From a virus: DNA of 64,000 bases. Shown here piece by piece: positions 7,742 through 16,315 of the stretch. Position 1 is the stretch's first letter. Each line of letters opens with the position of its first letter. Location of the stretch: IMG/VR virus record IMGVR_UViG_3300043410_000542, positions 1 through 64,000 of that record. One strand, given 5' to 3'. A model generated the notes under the pieces. That model did not search any database. It was not told where the DNA came from and worked only from the letters and a program-made list of their open reading frames with translations. The translations under genes and the position numbers were made by a program.

Positions 7742-8494
7742 ATGCAATCTACATCAGTAACCTACTACATTCCAAGACAAACGGTTGTGTTGTATGACGG
7801 CACCTCATCTAGGAGATATCAAACCGTGTACGCTAAAAATCTAAAAATCCATAAAGGGATTGACAACCGCCTGCAGTTCCAGTTCATCAATCAGGACCAA
7901 AAAGCAGTAGACATAACAGGTAAGACTCTATCTTGTAGATTGATTAGCTATGATGGCTCTAAGATTCTATTACAGAAGGCACTTACCCCGGTGTTCCCGT
8001 TGACTGGTATCTGTCAACTAGATGTTACTATGAACGAGACATTGGAAATGGAAGCTACTATGTGCTATTACTCAATCACTATCCCTAATGGGACATTTGA
8101 GTTTCCTGTATTCGTAGATGATAACTCGGGTGGCAGAGGTGTAGTTGATGTAGTCAATAGTGTGTTACCGAAATACACAAAGTCAACCGAGTTAAATATT
8201 TTACCACACACTGATCCTAGTGATGTTCAACCTGTAACATACTTCACAGGTCAATACATAACCCAAGACTCTGACTTTTTAACATTCCAAACTGTATTAA
8301 ATAACTACGTTGGTACAATCAAAGTTCAGGGTTCTGCTACAGGTAATAACACTGAATGGTATGATTTAACTGATGAGCAAGTATACGACGGCTATACAAG
8401 CACCGACTACTTTAACGTTAGCGGGTATCATGCATACATGCAAGTAGTGTTCACAAGCACTGCGGGCACCGTAGATAAAGTTCTGGTCAGATAA
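7742..8494 (+). CDS. putative virion structural protein (beta-rich)
   Basis: Late promoter and AAGGA RBS upstream; T/S/V/Y-rich. Confidence 0.65.
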   Translation: MQSTSVTYYIPRQTVVLYDGTSSRRYQTVYAKNLKIHKGIDNRLQFQFINQDQKAVDITGKTLSCRLISYDGSKILLQKALTPVFPLTGICQLDVTMNETLEMEATMCYYSITIPNGTFEFPVFVDDNSGGRGVVDVVNSVLPKYTKSTELNILPHTDPSDVQPVTYFTGQYITQDSDFLTFQTVLNNYVGTIKVQGSATGNNTEWYDLTDEQVYDGYTSTDYFNVSGYHAYMQVVFTSTAGTVDKVLVR

Positions 8495-8507
8495 TTATCC
8501 ATCTCTG

Positions 8508-8536
8508 TTGTAAAGCGATACATATTGTGTTACACT
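8508..8536 (+). promoter_or_regulatory. sigma70-type promoter, probably leaderless primase mRNA
   Basis: TTGTAA-17nt-TACACT with extended TG; ATG 7 nt downstream; no SD. Confidence 0.6.
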
Positions 8537-8543
8537 AACACAG

Positions 8544-9524
8544 ATGTTTGATATCCTATCTTTAATTCCGGGCAAGAAAAAACAAACGAATAGTGGTTGG
8601 ACAAGTTTCAACGGCATTTGTTGTTCCCATAGAGGTCATCGCCCTGATACTAGACAGCGGGGTGGTGTCAGATTTGAAGGGCCTAATAACTGGGTAATGC
8701 ATTGCTTCAATTGTGGCTTTACATGTAGCTTTGTATTAGGCAAAACCATCAACGGAAAGACAAGAGACTTTCTCGTATGGTGCGGAGTTGATATTCAGCA
8801 AGTACAACGATGGAGTTTAGAAAGTTTACAACACAAAGACTTACTAGACTTCACACATGAACGAAAGAAGCGTACTAACATTAAGTTCAAAACAAAAGAA
8901 CTTCCTGACAGTGAACCGCTTGACATTAATAACTACAAACATTTACCCGCTATTACCTACCTAGAGAATAGAGGCATACATTATGATAGTTATCCATTCG
9001 TTGTAACTCCCGATGATAAAGGTCGTAACAGCAACAGAGTTATCATACCATATTTCTACAACAACAGAGTTGTAGGTAATACCAGTAGATTCTTAGATAA
9101 CAGAATCCCGAAATATTTGAATGACCAACAACCAGGCTACGTTTTCAATATCGATGCACAGAAACCAGAATGGCAAATCTGTATCGTCACTGAAGGCATA
9201 TTTGATGCATTGAGCATTAATGGTGTGGCTGTCATGCACGATGACATTAGCCCAGAGCAAGTAGAGTTGTTAGCGACATTAAACAAACGAATTATCGTAG
9301 TTCCCGATTTCGATAAGACAGGCATGAACATGATTGACCGTGCTTTAGAATTGGGTTACTCGGTAAGTTTACCAGAATGGCATCCAGGAGTAAAGGATGT
9401 CAATGATGCAGTCGTGCGATATGGTAAGCTACCTACTGTACTTTCTATACTAGAAAATGCTACAATGAGTAAAATAAAACTAGAATTACAAAGGAAGAAA
9501 ATTGGCAAAAGAAACGGATTCTAA
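8544..9524 (+). CDS. DNA primase (T4 gp61/DnaG type)
   Basis: N-terminal Zn finger (CC..H..HCFNC); TOPRIM TEGIFDA, PDFD, KDVND. Confidence 0.9.
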   Translation: MFDILSLIPGKKKQTNSGWTSFNGICCSHRGHRPDTRQRGGVRFEGPNNWVMHCFNCGFTCSFVLGKTINGKTRDFLVWCGVDIQQVQRWSLESLQHKDLLDFTHERKKRTNIKFKTKELPDSEPLDINNYKHLPAITYLENRGIHYDSYPFVVTPDDKGRNSNRVIIPYFYNNRVVGNTSRFLDNRIPKYLNDQQPGYVFNIDAQKPEWQICIVTEGIFDALSINGVAVMHDDISPEQVELLATLNKRIIVVPDFDKTGMNMIDRALELGYSVSLPEWHPGVKDVNDAVVRYGKLPTVLSILENATMSKIKLELQRKKIGKRNGF

Positions 9525-10935
9525 ACAGATAGAATACACAGCAGACGTACAGAAGTTATTTTTAAGAATGATGTTGAGTAACCCTGAGTTGTACACTCGG
9601 GTTATGAACATTATGAACACTGAGAACTTTGACAAGTCACTTAGACCAGTGGCTGAGTTTTATAAAGAACACACAGACAATTACAAAGTTCTACCAGACG
9701 TAGAACAAATTAAAGCGATGACTGGGGTTGAGATTGAACTCATCCCTGAGTTGAATGACGGACACCTTGAATGGTTCTTGGATGCATTTGAAGCGTTTAC
9801 TAAACGACAAGAACTAGAACGAGCAATTCTTAAAGCAGCCGATATGCTTGAGAAGGGTGACTTTGCACCTGTTGAAAAACTAATCAAAGACGCAGTTCAA
9901 ATCAGTCTACAAAAAGATATGGGTACTGATTACTTTGCTGACCCTAAGTATCGTATCAACAAATACTTCAATGCAGGCGGACAAGTTTCTACAGGCTGGC
10001 CGCAGATGGACAAACTATTATATGGTGGTTTCAGTCGCGGTGAATTGAATATCTTTGCAGGTGGCTCAGGTTCAGGTAAGTCTCTTGTTATGATGAACTT
10101 GGCGTTAAACTGGTTAGCAGTAGGTATGAGTGGTGTTTATATCTCATTAGAACTTTCAGAAGAACTAACTTCATTGCGTACTGATGCGATGTTGACCAGC
10201 ATGAGTACAAGAGATATTCGTAAAAACATTGACGATGCACACTTGAAGATTAAGATGATGGAAAAGAAAGCAGGTCAGTATCGTGTTAAAGCGATGCCTG
10301 CGCAAAGTAATGTCAATGCGATTCGTTCATACTTAAAAGAAGTACAGATTCAAACAGGGATTAGAATTGACTTTGTGATGATTGACTATTTGGATCTTGT
10401 TATGCCGGTGTCAGTTAAAGTTAATCCAAACGACCAGTTCATCAAAGACAAGTATGTATCAGAAGAACTGCGTAACTTGGCAAAAGAATTAGGGATTTTG
10501 ATGGTAACCGCGTCACAGTTGAATCGCTCAGCCGTTGAAGAAATCGAATTCGACCACAGTCACATCGCAGGTGGTATCTCAAAGATTAACACAGCAGACA
10601 ACGTGTTTGGTATCTTTACAAGTCGTTCAATGAGAGAGCGCGGTAAGTATCAGATTCAGTGTATGAAATCACGTAGTTCGACGGGTGTAGGTCAGAAAGT
10701 TGACTTGGAATACAACATTGAGACTATGCGTATTACAGACGAGGATCCAGATGGATATGCTGACCAACAAGCAAAATATAAGCCAGCACCGAGTCCGAGC
10801 GATATTATGAGCAAATTGAAGCCTCAGGCGACAGTTGTAGGCGAACAAATACACATCGAACCGGAAACAAAGCGGGTAGTTGCAGACGTTCAGGGTAGCA
10901 AACTTAAAGCAATGCTGAACAACCTCAAAAATTGA
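9502..10935 (+). CDS. replicative DNA helicase (gp41/DnaB family)
   Basis: Walker A GGSGSGKS, ISLEL, IDYLDL, TASQLNR, KSRSS; TTG start. Confidence 0.95.
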   Translation: MAKETDSKQIEYTADVQKLFLRMMLSNPELYTRVMNIMNTENFDKSLRPVAEFYKEHTDNYKVLPDVEQIKAMTGVEIELIPELNDGHLEWFLDAFEAFTKRQELERAILKAADMLEKGDFAPVEKLIKDAVQISLQKDMGTDYFADPKYRINKYFNAGGQVSTGWPQMDKLLYGGFSRGELNIFAGGSGSGKSLVMMNLALNWLAVGMSGVYISLELSEELTSLRTDAMLTSMSTRDIRKNIDDAHLKIKMMEKKAGQYRVKAMPAQSNVNAIRSYLKEVQIQTGIRIDFVMIDYLDLVMPVSVKVNPNDQFIKDKYVSEELRNLAKELGILMVTASQLNRSAVEEIEFDHSHIAGGISKINTADNVFGIFTSRSMRERGKYQIQCMKSRSSTGVGQKVDLEYNIETMRITDEDPDGYADQQAKYKPAPSPSDIMSKLKPQATVVGEQIHIEPETKRVVADVQGSKLKAMLNNLKN

Positions 10936-10941
10936 TAAATA
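10934..10941 (+). promoter_or_regulatory. late promoter
   Basis: GATAAATA upstream of the 10962 ATG. Confidence 0.6.
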
Positions 10942-10961
10942 CTATTAGGATCTATACCATT

Positions 10962-11213
10962 ATGCAAAGAAAAACTCGCAGTCTTTTAGAGGAATTAGAA
11001 GCACTTGGACAAAACCGTGACACTAAACATGTCATTGAAAGTCGTGCCCATAATATCATCACCAGTGCGATTAATCTATTAGAAATGATTAACAAACACT
11101 ATGATGCCGAAAAAGCTCAGATTTTGGAGAAAAAACTTCTCAGTGCTATCAAAGCACGAGACCAGGGTAGATTCTCAAAAAGTTTGAGGAAAAATGATAA
11201 TGAGAGCCAATGA
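10962..11213 (+). CDS. hypothetical helical protein
   Basis: ORF after late promoter and AGGA. Confidence 0.7.
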   Translation: MQRKTRSLLEELEALGQNRDTKHVIESRAHNIITSAINLLEMINKHYDAEKAQILEKKLLSAIKARDQGRFSKSLRKNDNESQ

Positions 11214-11895
11214 GTTCATCAACGAAGGTTGGTTTGACGATGCAAAAGCTAAAGTAAAAACTTACAATAGAAGGCTTAATACTGACGCAAAACGTGCCGC
11301 GAACGCAATTAAAACATCTAAAATAGGACAAGCGGCAACTACAGGGGCAAACGCAGTGAAGGCTGCTGTTGCCTCTCCATACGTTCAACGTCCAGCAAGT
11401 GCATTAGCACGTGGTTTAGGTAAACTCGGTATGGGCGGGGATAAATTCTTGGGCTTCAATAATCCATTGAAGAACAGCACAAGAGCCGCAATGAGTACTG
11501 AGATTTTTATGAAGAATTTCTTAGGGTCATTGGCAGCTACAGAAAAAAGACAAGCACAACTTAATCAACCATTCGACTTGGGTACATTTGCCACCCAGTA
11601 TATGAAAAAACAGAACTGGGAACCAGGTAACTTTACACAACAGTTGCAAACAGCAGTTACAAGCCGTGACAAAAAAGCACTTGCAAGAGTTATGGATCAG
11701 ATCGGTGCTGCAAACACAGTAGACCCTGCCGCACAAGGTCCAGAAATCAACATGACACCGGGTGCGTATGATAACAAATACGGACAAATGGGTAATTTGA
11801 TGGCTCAAGCCGCAACCGCTGCGGCACAACCTAGACAGAGTTTAGCTCAGAAGATGGCATCTAAAGGTATGACACCACAAGGCGTTAGAAGATGA
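11200..11895 (+). CDS. putative internal head protein
   Basis: N-terminus MRANEFINEG resembles T4 capsid-targeting propeptides; A/K/Q-rich. Confidence 0.6.
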   Translation: MRANEFINEGWFDDAKAKVKTYNRRLNTDAKRAANAIKTSKIGQAATTGANAVKAAVASPYVQRPASALARGLGKLGMGGDKFLGFNNPLKNSTRAAMSTEIFMKNFLGSLAATEKRQAQLNQPFDLGTFATQYMKKQNWEPGNFTQQLQTAVTSRDKKALARVMDQIGAANTVDPAAQGPEINMTPGAYDNKYGQMGNLMAQAATAAAQPRQSLAQKMASKGMTPQGVRR

Positions 11896-13046
11896 ATTTC
11901 GCAGAATCATTAAGAGCATTGGCTGATAAGATATTCGCTATTAACGAAGCGGATGAATTAACAAAAGCTCACGTTGAACATCCTGAAGATTTAGTATTTC
12001 ATTCAGGTAGTAGAGGCGCCGCACAAGGCTTACAAGCGATTGTTGACACAGCCGCAAATCCTGGCGCAATTACTATCAAGTGGGACGGGTATCCTGCATT
12101 AGTATTTGGTCGTGGTGTAGACGGACAGTTTGTTGTGTGTGACAAGCATATGTTCAACAAGAAAGACGGTTCAGGTCGTGTGACGAGCCCACAAGCATTC
12201 GCAGAATACGATAGAGCAAGAGGAATTCAACGTGGTGAACTAGAGCACATCATTGCTAGAATCTGGCCTGGTCTAGAAAAGTCATTCAATGGCTCTGGTT
12301 TCTACTGGGGTGATTTGTTGTTTCATCAGCCGTTAAAAGATGAAGGTGGTTTGTATAGATTCAAAGCAAACCCAAATGGTATCACTTACACAGTTGAAAC
12401 TAACAGTGAGATGGGTAAGTTGATCGGTGGCAAAGTGGGTGGCATTGCAGTCCATCAGTATATTCCACCAAGTGCTATGAACGTACAACAGTCTACATTA
12501 CTAAACGGTAGCATTGGTCAATTAAAGAATAACAGTAACGTAGCAATCATTCCAGCTAAGATGCCAATCGTACCTAAACTAAAGATTACTAAAGCTGATG
12601 TTGCTAATGTACAGAAAGCAATCAAGCAATATGGCGCAGCAGCAGATGCATGGTTGTCACAACCACCAGCTGGTGTCAAAACAGTATTCCCGTTAATGTG
12701 TACAGTATACATCAACCGAAAGATTATGTCTGGTAACTTGAATAACTTAGTAGGTGACTTCTATGAGTTCTTCAAAACAAGACCAATGAGTGATAGCATT
12801 CGTGCTAAACTAACTCAACACTTCCAACAAAACGAAGCAGGCATTCAGGGTGCATTCGCTATTTGGATTGCACTATACAACTTAAAAATGAAAGTTGTAC
12901 CTCAATTAGACAAAGCCGCAGAAGAAAGTCCTGTTAAGGGATACTTACAAGATGGCACACAAAGTCAAGAAGGCTTTGTAAGTCATGGCATTAAGCTAGT
13001 CAATCGCATGGGCTTCAGTCGTCAAAACTTTGCCGGTAGAGCATAA
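11892..13046 (+). CDS. ligase-superfamily nucleotidyltransferase-like protein (RNA ligase-like), putatively virion-packaged
   Basis: HVEHPED, IKWDGYPA (KxDG), EGFV, KLVNR; N-terminal ..AINE propeptide. Confidence 0.6.
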   Translation: MNFAESLRALADKIFAINEADELTKAHVEHPEDLVFHSGSRGAAQGLQAIVDTAANPGAITIKWDGYPALVFGRGVDGQFVVCDKHMFNKKDGSGRVTSPQAFAEYDRARGIQRGELEHIIARIWPGLEKSFNGSGFYWGDLLFHQPLKDEGGLYRFKANPNGITYTVETNSEMGKLIGGKVGGIAVHQYIPPSAMNVQQSTLLNGSIGQLKNNSNVAIIPAKMPIVPKLKITKADVANVQKAIKQYGAAADAWLSQPPAGVKTVFPLMCTVYINRKIMSGNLNNLVGDFYEFFKTRPMSDSIRAKLTQHFQQNEAGIQGAFAIWIALYNLKMKVVPQLDKAAEESPVKGYLQDGTQSQEGFVSHGIKLVNRMGFSRQNFAGRA

Positions 13047-13067
13047 ATATTATAATAAGGAATTATC

Positions 13068-13466
13068 ATGGCATTCATTACAAGAGCGCACGGTGACGCA
13101 AAGCCGGTCTTCTCAACAGATACATTAAACGGATCAGGTTCAGCAACTACTGGAGTGCCAGTTATGCTATCAGGTCCTAAACTAGACTTCTTCGGCATTG
13201 ATTTAGGTGCTGATCCTGCAACTGAAATGGATCCAGACGAAGCAATCGAGGCAGTGCTACGTGTGATTACGTCAGTCGCTACTGTCCACTTCTATCAAGT
13301 AGAAGCTAGCGGAACTGCAAACAACATGTCAGTTGCAGTTTATCAATCATCATCATGTACAGCTAGCGGATTGCAAGCAGCTATTCGTGAACTAGGCACA
13401 GTTAGCGGATACACTCTATCAGGTGCAACAGTTACTAACGTAGGCTTCAAGTTAGCAACAGCTTAA
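13068..13466 (+). CDS. small putative structural protein
   Basis: CATAAATA at 13042 and AAGGA RBS; followed by a terminator. Confidence 0.7.
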   Translation: MAFITRAHGDAKPVFSTDTLNGSGSATTGVPVMLSGPKLDFFGIDLGADPATEMDPDEAIEAVLRVITSVATVHFYQVEASGTANNMSVAVYQSSSCTASGLQAAIRELGTVSGYTLSGATVTNVGFKLATA

Positions 13467-13472
13467 TAAATT

Positions 13473-13497
13473 GCCCGAGAATTTCTCGGGCTTTTTT
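13473..13497 (+). terminator. rho-independent terminator
   Basis: GCCCGAGA/TCTCGGGC stem followed by T6. Confidence 0.85.
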
Positions 13498-13502
13498 GCC
13501 TC

Positions 13503-13510
13503 TATAAATA
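13503..13510 (+). promoter_or_regulatory. late promoter (consensus)
   Basis: TATAAATA 4 nt before ATG 13515. Confidence 0.7.
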
Positions 13511-13514
13511 CTAT

Positions 13515-13979
13515 ATGGCGGCAACAAAGATTAGATGTTACACACTGTTTGATATCACACAAACAGGCGTGACCAACAGACGAAACAACACTAAAACTAG
13601 TCAGTGGGAAAAAGATAGAAATACGCAATGTAATTTCGATACAATCGTGCAGGTTATATCCCTACGCAGTCAACCAGAAAACATCACATCACCAGAACAA
13701 AGCATCATCATCTTTGACGAGACTAACGAGTTCGGGTTCTTATTTGAACAAGAGGAAGAGGCACATTCATACTGGCACTTTGACTTTGATATCAACTATC
13801 AAGGTGCGTATGATGATGGTATCAACGAGTTCGGGCATTTGTATTCAGACTGTGACGGAGTCCCGATGATTAAAGTGGGAACTGAGTGGGACAAGCTCCC
13901 TGAGTTCTTGGACTCTAGTGTTGAGTTGAGAAATATTTACTTTGAGGTAATACCCAATGAAACTGAAGAAGAAAACTGA
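13515..13979 (+). CDS. hypothetical protein
   Basis: ORF with typical codon usage. Confidence 0.75.
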   Translation: MAATKIRCYTLFDITQTGVTNRRNNTKTSQWEKDRNTQCNFDTIVQVISLRSQPENITSPEQSIIIFDETNEFGFLFEQEEEAHSYWHFDFDINYQGAYDDGINEFGHLYSDCDGVPMIKVGTEWDKLPEFLDSSVELRNIYFEVIPNETEEEN

Positions 13980-14451
13980 ACAACGGATGTTCAACACCTT
14001 AGCTAGGATCCTTGAAAAGGGGAACTTAGAGAAGTTAGAAGGTAAACTAGTATATCAAGACAATGACGGGTCCTATAATTTGTACGGTGAATACGTCATT
14101 CAGAAGTCTTCCAAGGGCTACGTCTTGGAGAAGAAACACACATTTACAGTCCTCGTCTTCGGCGAACTGAGACATGCAGTTACATGGGCAGCATTCGATA
14201 AACTAAATAGAATAATAGAATCTAACAAGATATTGGAGCTGGACCGACAGTTATCAGGAACATCGGAGAACATGAAAGCACATGATAAGCTGTGTAAGTC
14301 TGCTAAGGATCTTGATAAAAAGACTATCTATCTTAACAAGCTAAACGAGGACCGCGTCAAGAAAAGACGAATTTTATCTGAAATGGAAGATTTTGTGGAG
14401 AAAGCTAAGATTTGGCAGTACCGTCAATTTGAAAAGAATCCCATAAAATAA
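13957..14451 (+). CDS. hypothetical protein
   Basis: GAGGT RBS upstream. Confidence 0.7.
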   Translation: MKLKKKTEQRMFNTLARILEKGNLEKLEGKLVYQDNDGSYNLYGEYVIQKSSKGYVLEKKHTFTVLVFGELRHAVTWAAFDKLNRIIESNKILELDRQLSGTSENMKAHDKLCKSAKDLDKKTIYLNKLNEDRVKKRRILSEMEDFVEKAKIWQYRQFEKNPIK

Positions 14452-14493
14452 TTAAAAGAAGATAAATACATTATTAGTACTCTAGGAATAACT

Positions 14494-15225
14494 ATGAAAC
14501 TTACAGAATTTAACAACAAATCATCTTTAAACGCCAAGAAGGCTCTTAAAGAACACTTCAACACAACTTTTGAAGTTGACAAGCTAGGTCTTTTTGAGAC
14601 CAAGAAAATGCTTGGCAAAGTCAAGGGCTTGATGAATGAAGCAAAGCAGGGTTCAGTTCAGGGTGAACAAAATCCAGCATACTTGAAGCTAGTATTCATG
14701 GAACAAGCATTGACAAATCACTACGGTGAATTGAAAGCACTTCCAATGTACAACCAACGTATCGTTGTAGAAAACGAGCAAGTTGAGAAGTCACAAGTTG
14801 TTCTAGCAGCCCAAGAAATGGTTGATGCTATGCAAAAGATGGTTGAGCAAGTATCTGACATGTTAGTTAAAGAATTGCCAGCAGTAGTTGACGGTGTTAA
14901 CTCAGAGTTCGGTACAAACGAAGGCGAACAATTCAGCAGCCAAGTAGCAGAAGCATTGACTTCTTTACAAGCAGCTATCACACAATCTAAGACAGGTCTA
15001 CAAGGCGCATTAGGTGTTATCACTGGCGTAGGCGGTGGTGCAGACACTGGCTTCGGAGACACAATGGCTGGTGGCGATATGGGTGCTGACATGGGCGGCG
15101 ACATGGCTGGTGGCGATATGGGTGACGATATGGGTGCTGACATGGGCGGCGAAGAAGATATCGGTGCTGATATCCCAGCAGAAGAACCAGAAGAAGTTCC
15201 AGCAGTAGGCCGCGCAAAGCGTTAA
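14494..15225 (+). CDS. putative head/scaffold-like protein with acidic GDMG tail
   Basis: GATAAATA at 14461; MKLTEF start; helical body; low-complexity C-terminus. Confidence 0.65.
   Translation: MKLTEFNNKSSLNAKKALKEHFNTTFEVDKLGLFETKKMLGKVKGLMNEAKQGSVQGEQNPAYLKLVFMEQALTNHYGELKALPMYNQRIVVENEQVEKSQVVLAAQEMVDAMQKMVEQVSDMLVKELPAVVDGVNSEFGTNEGEQFSSQVAEALTSLQAAITQSKTGLQGALGVITGVGGGADTGFGDTMAGGDMGADMGGDMAGGDMGDDMGADMGGEEDIGADIPAEEPEEVPAVGRAKR
15064..15152 (+). repeat. short tandem coding repeats (GGDMGADM)
   Basis: ATGGCTGGTGGCGATATGGGTG twice and ATGGGTGCTGACATGGGCGGCGA twice. Confidence 0.7.
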
Positions 15226-15226
15226 T

Positions 15227-15550
15227 ATGAGACTGTTCGAATTCAGTGATGCTGATCCGTTACGTGTGAAGTTGGTTGCGGTTGCTAGCCAACTTCAATC
15301 TACTAGCGAGCCGATGTCCACTGATGAATTCTTAACTGTTTTAAACAAGAACGGTATCAGCTTAGACAAAACAGATTTGTTTGATATCGTTCAAAAAGAA
15401 CCCTTAAAGAACGTTGTAGCTAACATCAATGATGATGAAGTTATCTTTAAAGGACAAGAAGGTGATGTAACTCAAGGGGCAGAACAACAACCCGACGAGA
15501 ACGAACGAATACGACAGCAACTGGCAAGCAAACAAGCTGGTAAAATGTAA
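15227..15550 (+). CDS. putative head protein
   Basis: MRLFEF N-terminus. Confidence 0.7.
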   Translation: MRLFEFSDADPLRVKLVAVASQLQSTSEPMSTDEFLTVLNKNGISLDKTDLFDIVQKEPLKNVVANINDDEVIFKGQEGDVTQGAEQQPDENERIRQQLASKQAGKM

Positions 15551-15558
15551 CCAAAACG

Positions 15559-15588
15559 ATTGTACTACAGAGAAATTTGTAGTACAAT
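15559..15588 (+). promoter_or_regulatory. sigma70-type promoter inside an 11-bp inverted repeat
   Basis: TTGTAC-17nt-TACAAT; ATTGTACTACA/TGTAGTACAAT; ATG 6 nt downstream. Confidence 0.65.
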
Positions 15589-15594
15589 TTCCAT

Positions 15595-16281
15595 ATGTAC
15601 ATACCAGATAAATTTATATACGAAGCGATTAAGCGTGTAGACACGCCCGAAGGTAGACGTTATGCTACACCGGACGGACAGAAGCTACCCTCAGTAACAA
15701 CAATACTTTCAGCGACACAGCCCGAAGAAAAGAAACAAGCACTACAACAATGGCGCAATCGGGTAGGACACGCTAAAGCACAAGAAATCACAACAGAAGC
15801 CGCAGGACGCGGTACAAGAATGCACAAGTTTTTGGAAGATTGGATCAAGACAGGAGAATTAAGTGCGTCAGGCTCTAACCCATACAGTATCCAAAGTCAC
15901 AAGATGGCTGACTCAATTATCCGTCAAGGCTTGGCTCAATGTAGCGAGTTCTGGGGTACAGAAGTTCCGTTATACTTCCCTAGTGTCTATGCTGGAACTA
16001 CTGATTTGGTCGGCGTCCATGATGGTAGTGAATCTATCATGGATCATAAGCAGACTAATAAACCCAAGAAACGAGAGTGGATTGATGACTACTTTATCCA
16101 ACTTGCGGCTTATGCAACAGCGCATAATGAACTTCACGGAACGAAAATCCGTAAAGGAGTTATTTTTATGTGTGACCCGAACGCTGTGTACCAAGAGTTC
16201 ATCATAGAGGGTACTGAATTCGACCACTATCAAAACGAGTGGTACAAGAAGCTAGAACAGTACTACTTACAGTTCGTATAA
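15595..16281 (+). CDS. PD-(D/E)xK exonuclease (Cas4/RecB-like)
   Basis: PSVTTIL, RGTRMH, EVPLY, YAGTTDL, DHKQT, QLAAYA. Confidence 0.85.
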   Translation: MYIPDKFIYEAIKRVDTPEGRRYATPDGQKLPSVTTILSATQPEEKKQALQQWRNRVGHAKAQEITTEAAGRGTRMHKFLEDWIKTGELSASGSNPYSIQSHKMADSIIRQGLAQCSEFWGTEVPLYFPSVYAGTTDLVGVHDGSESIMDHKQTNKPKKREWIDDYFIQLAAYATAHNELHGTKIRKGVIFMCDPNAVYQEFIIEGTEFDHYQNEWYKKLEQYYLQFV

Positions 16282-16284
16282 AAC

Positions 16285-16315
16285 GATAAATAGTATAATC
16301 AACGGATTATACTAT
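16285..16315 (+). promoter_or_regulatory. late promoter with RBS-sequestering hairpin
   Basis: GATAAATA 16285-16292; ATAGTATAATC/GATTATACTAT perfect stem. Confidence 0.75.

Noticed and set aside
15595-16281. Cas4 as evidence of a CRISPR system
   Set aside because: It is a solo PD-(D/E)xK exonuclease without the four-Cys Fe-S motif; no cas1/cas2 or array is present.
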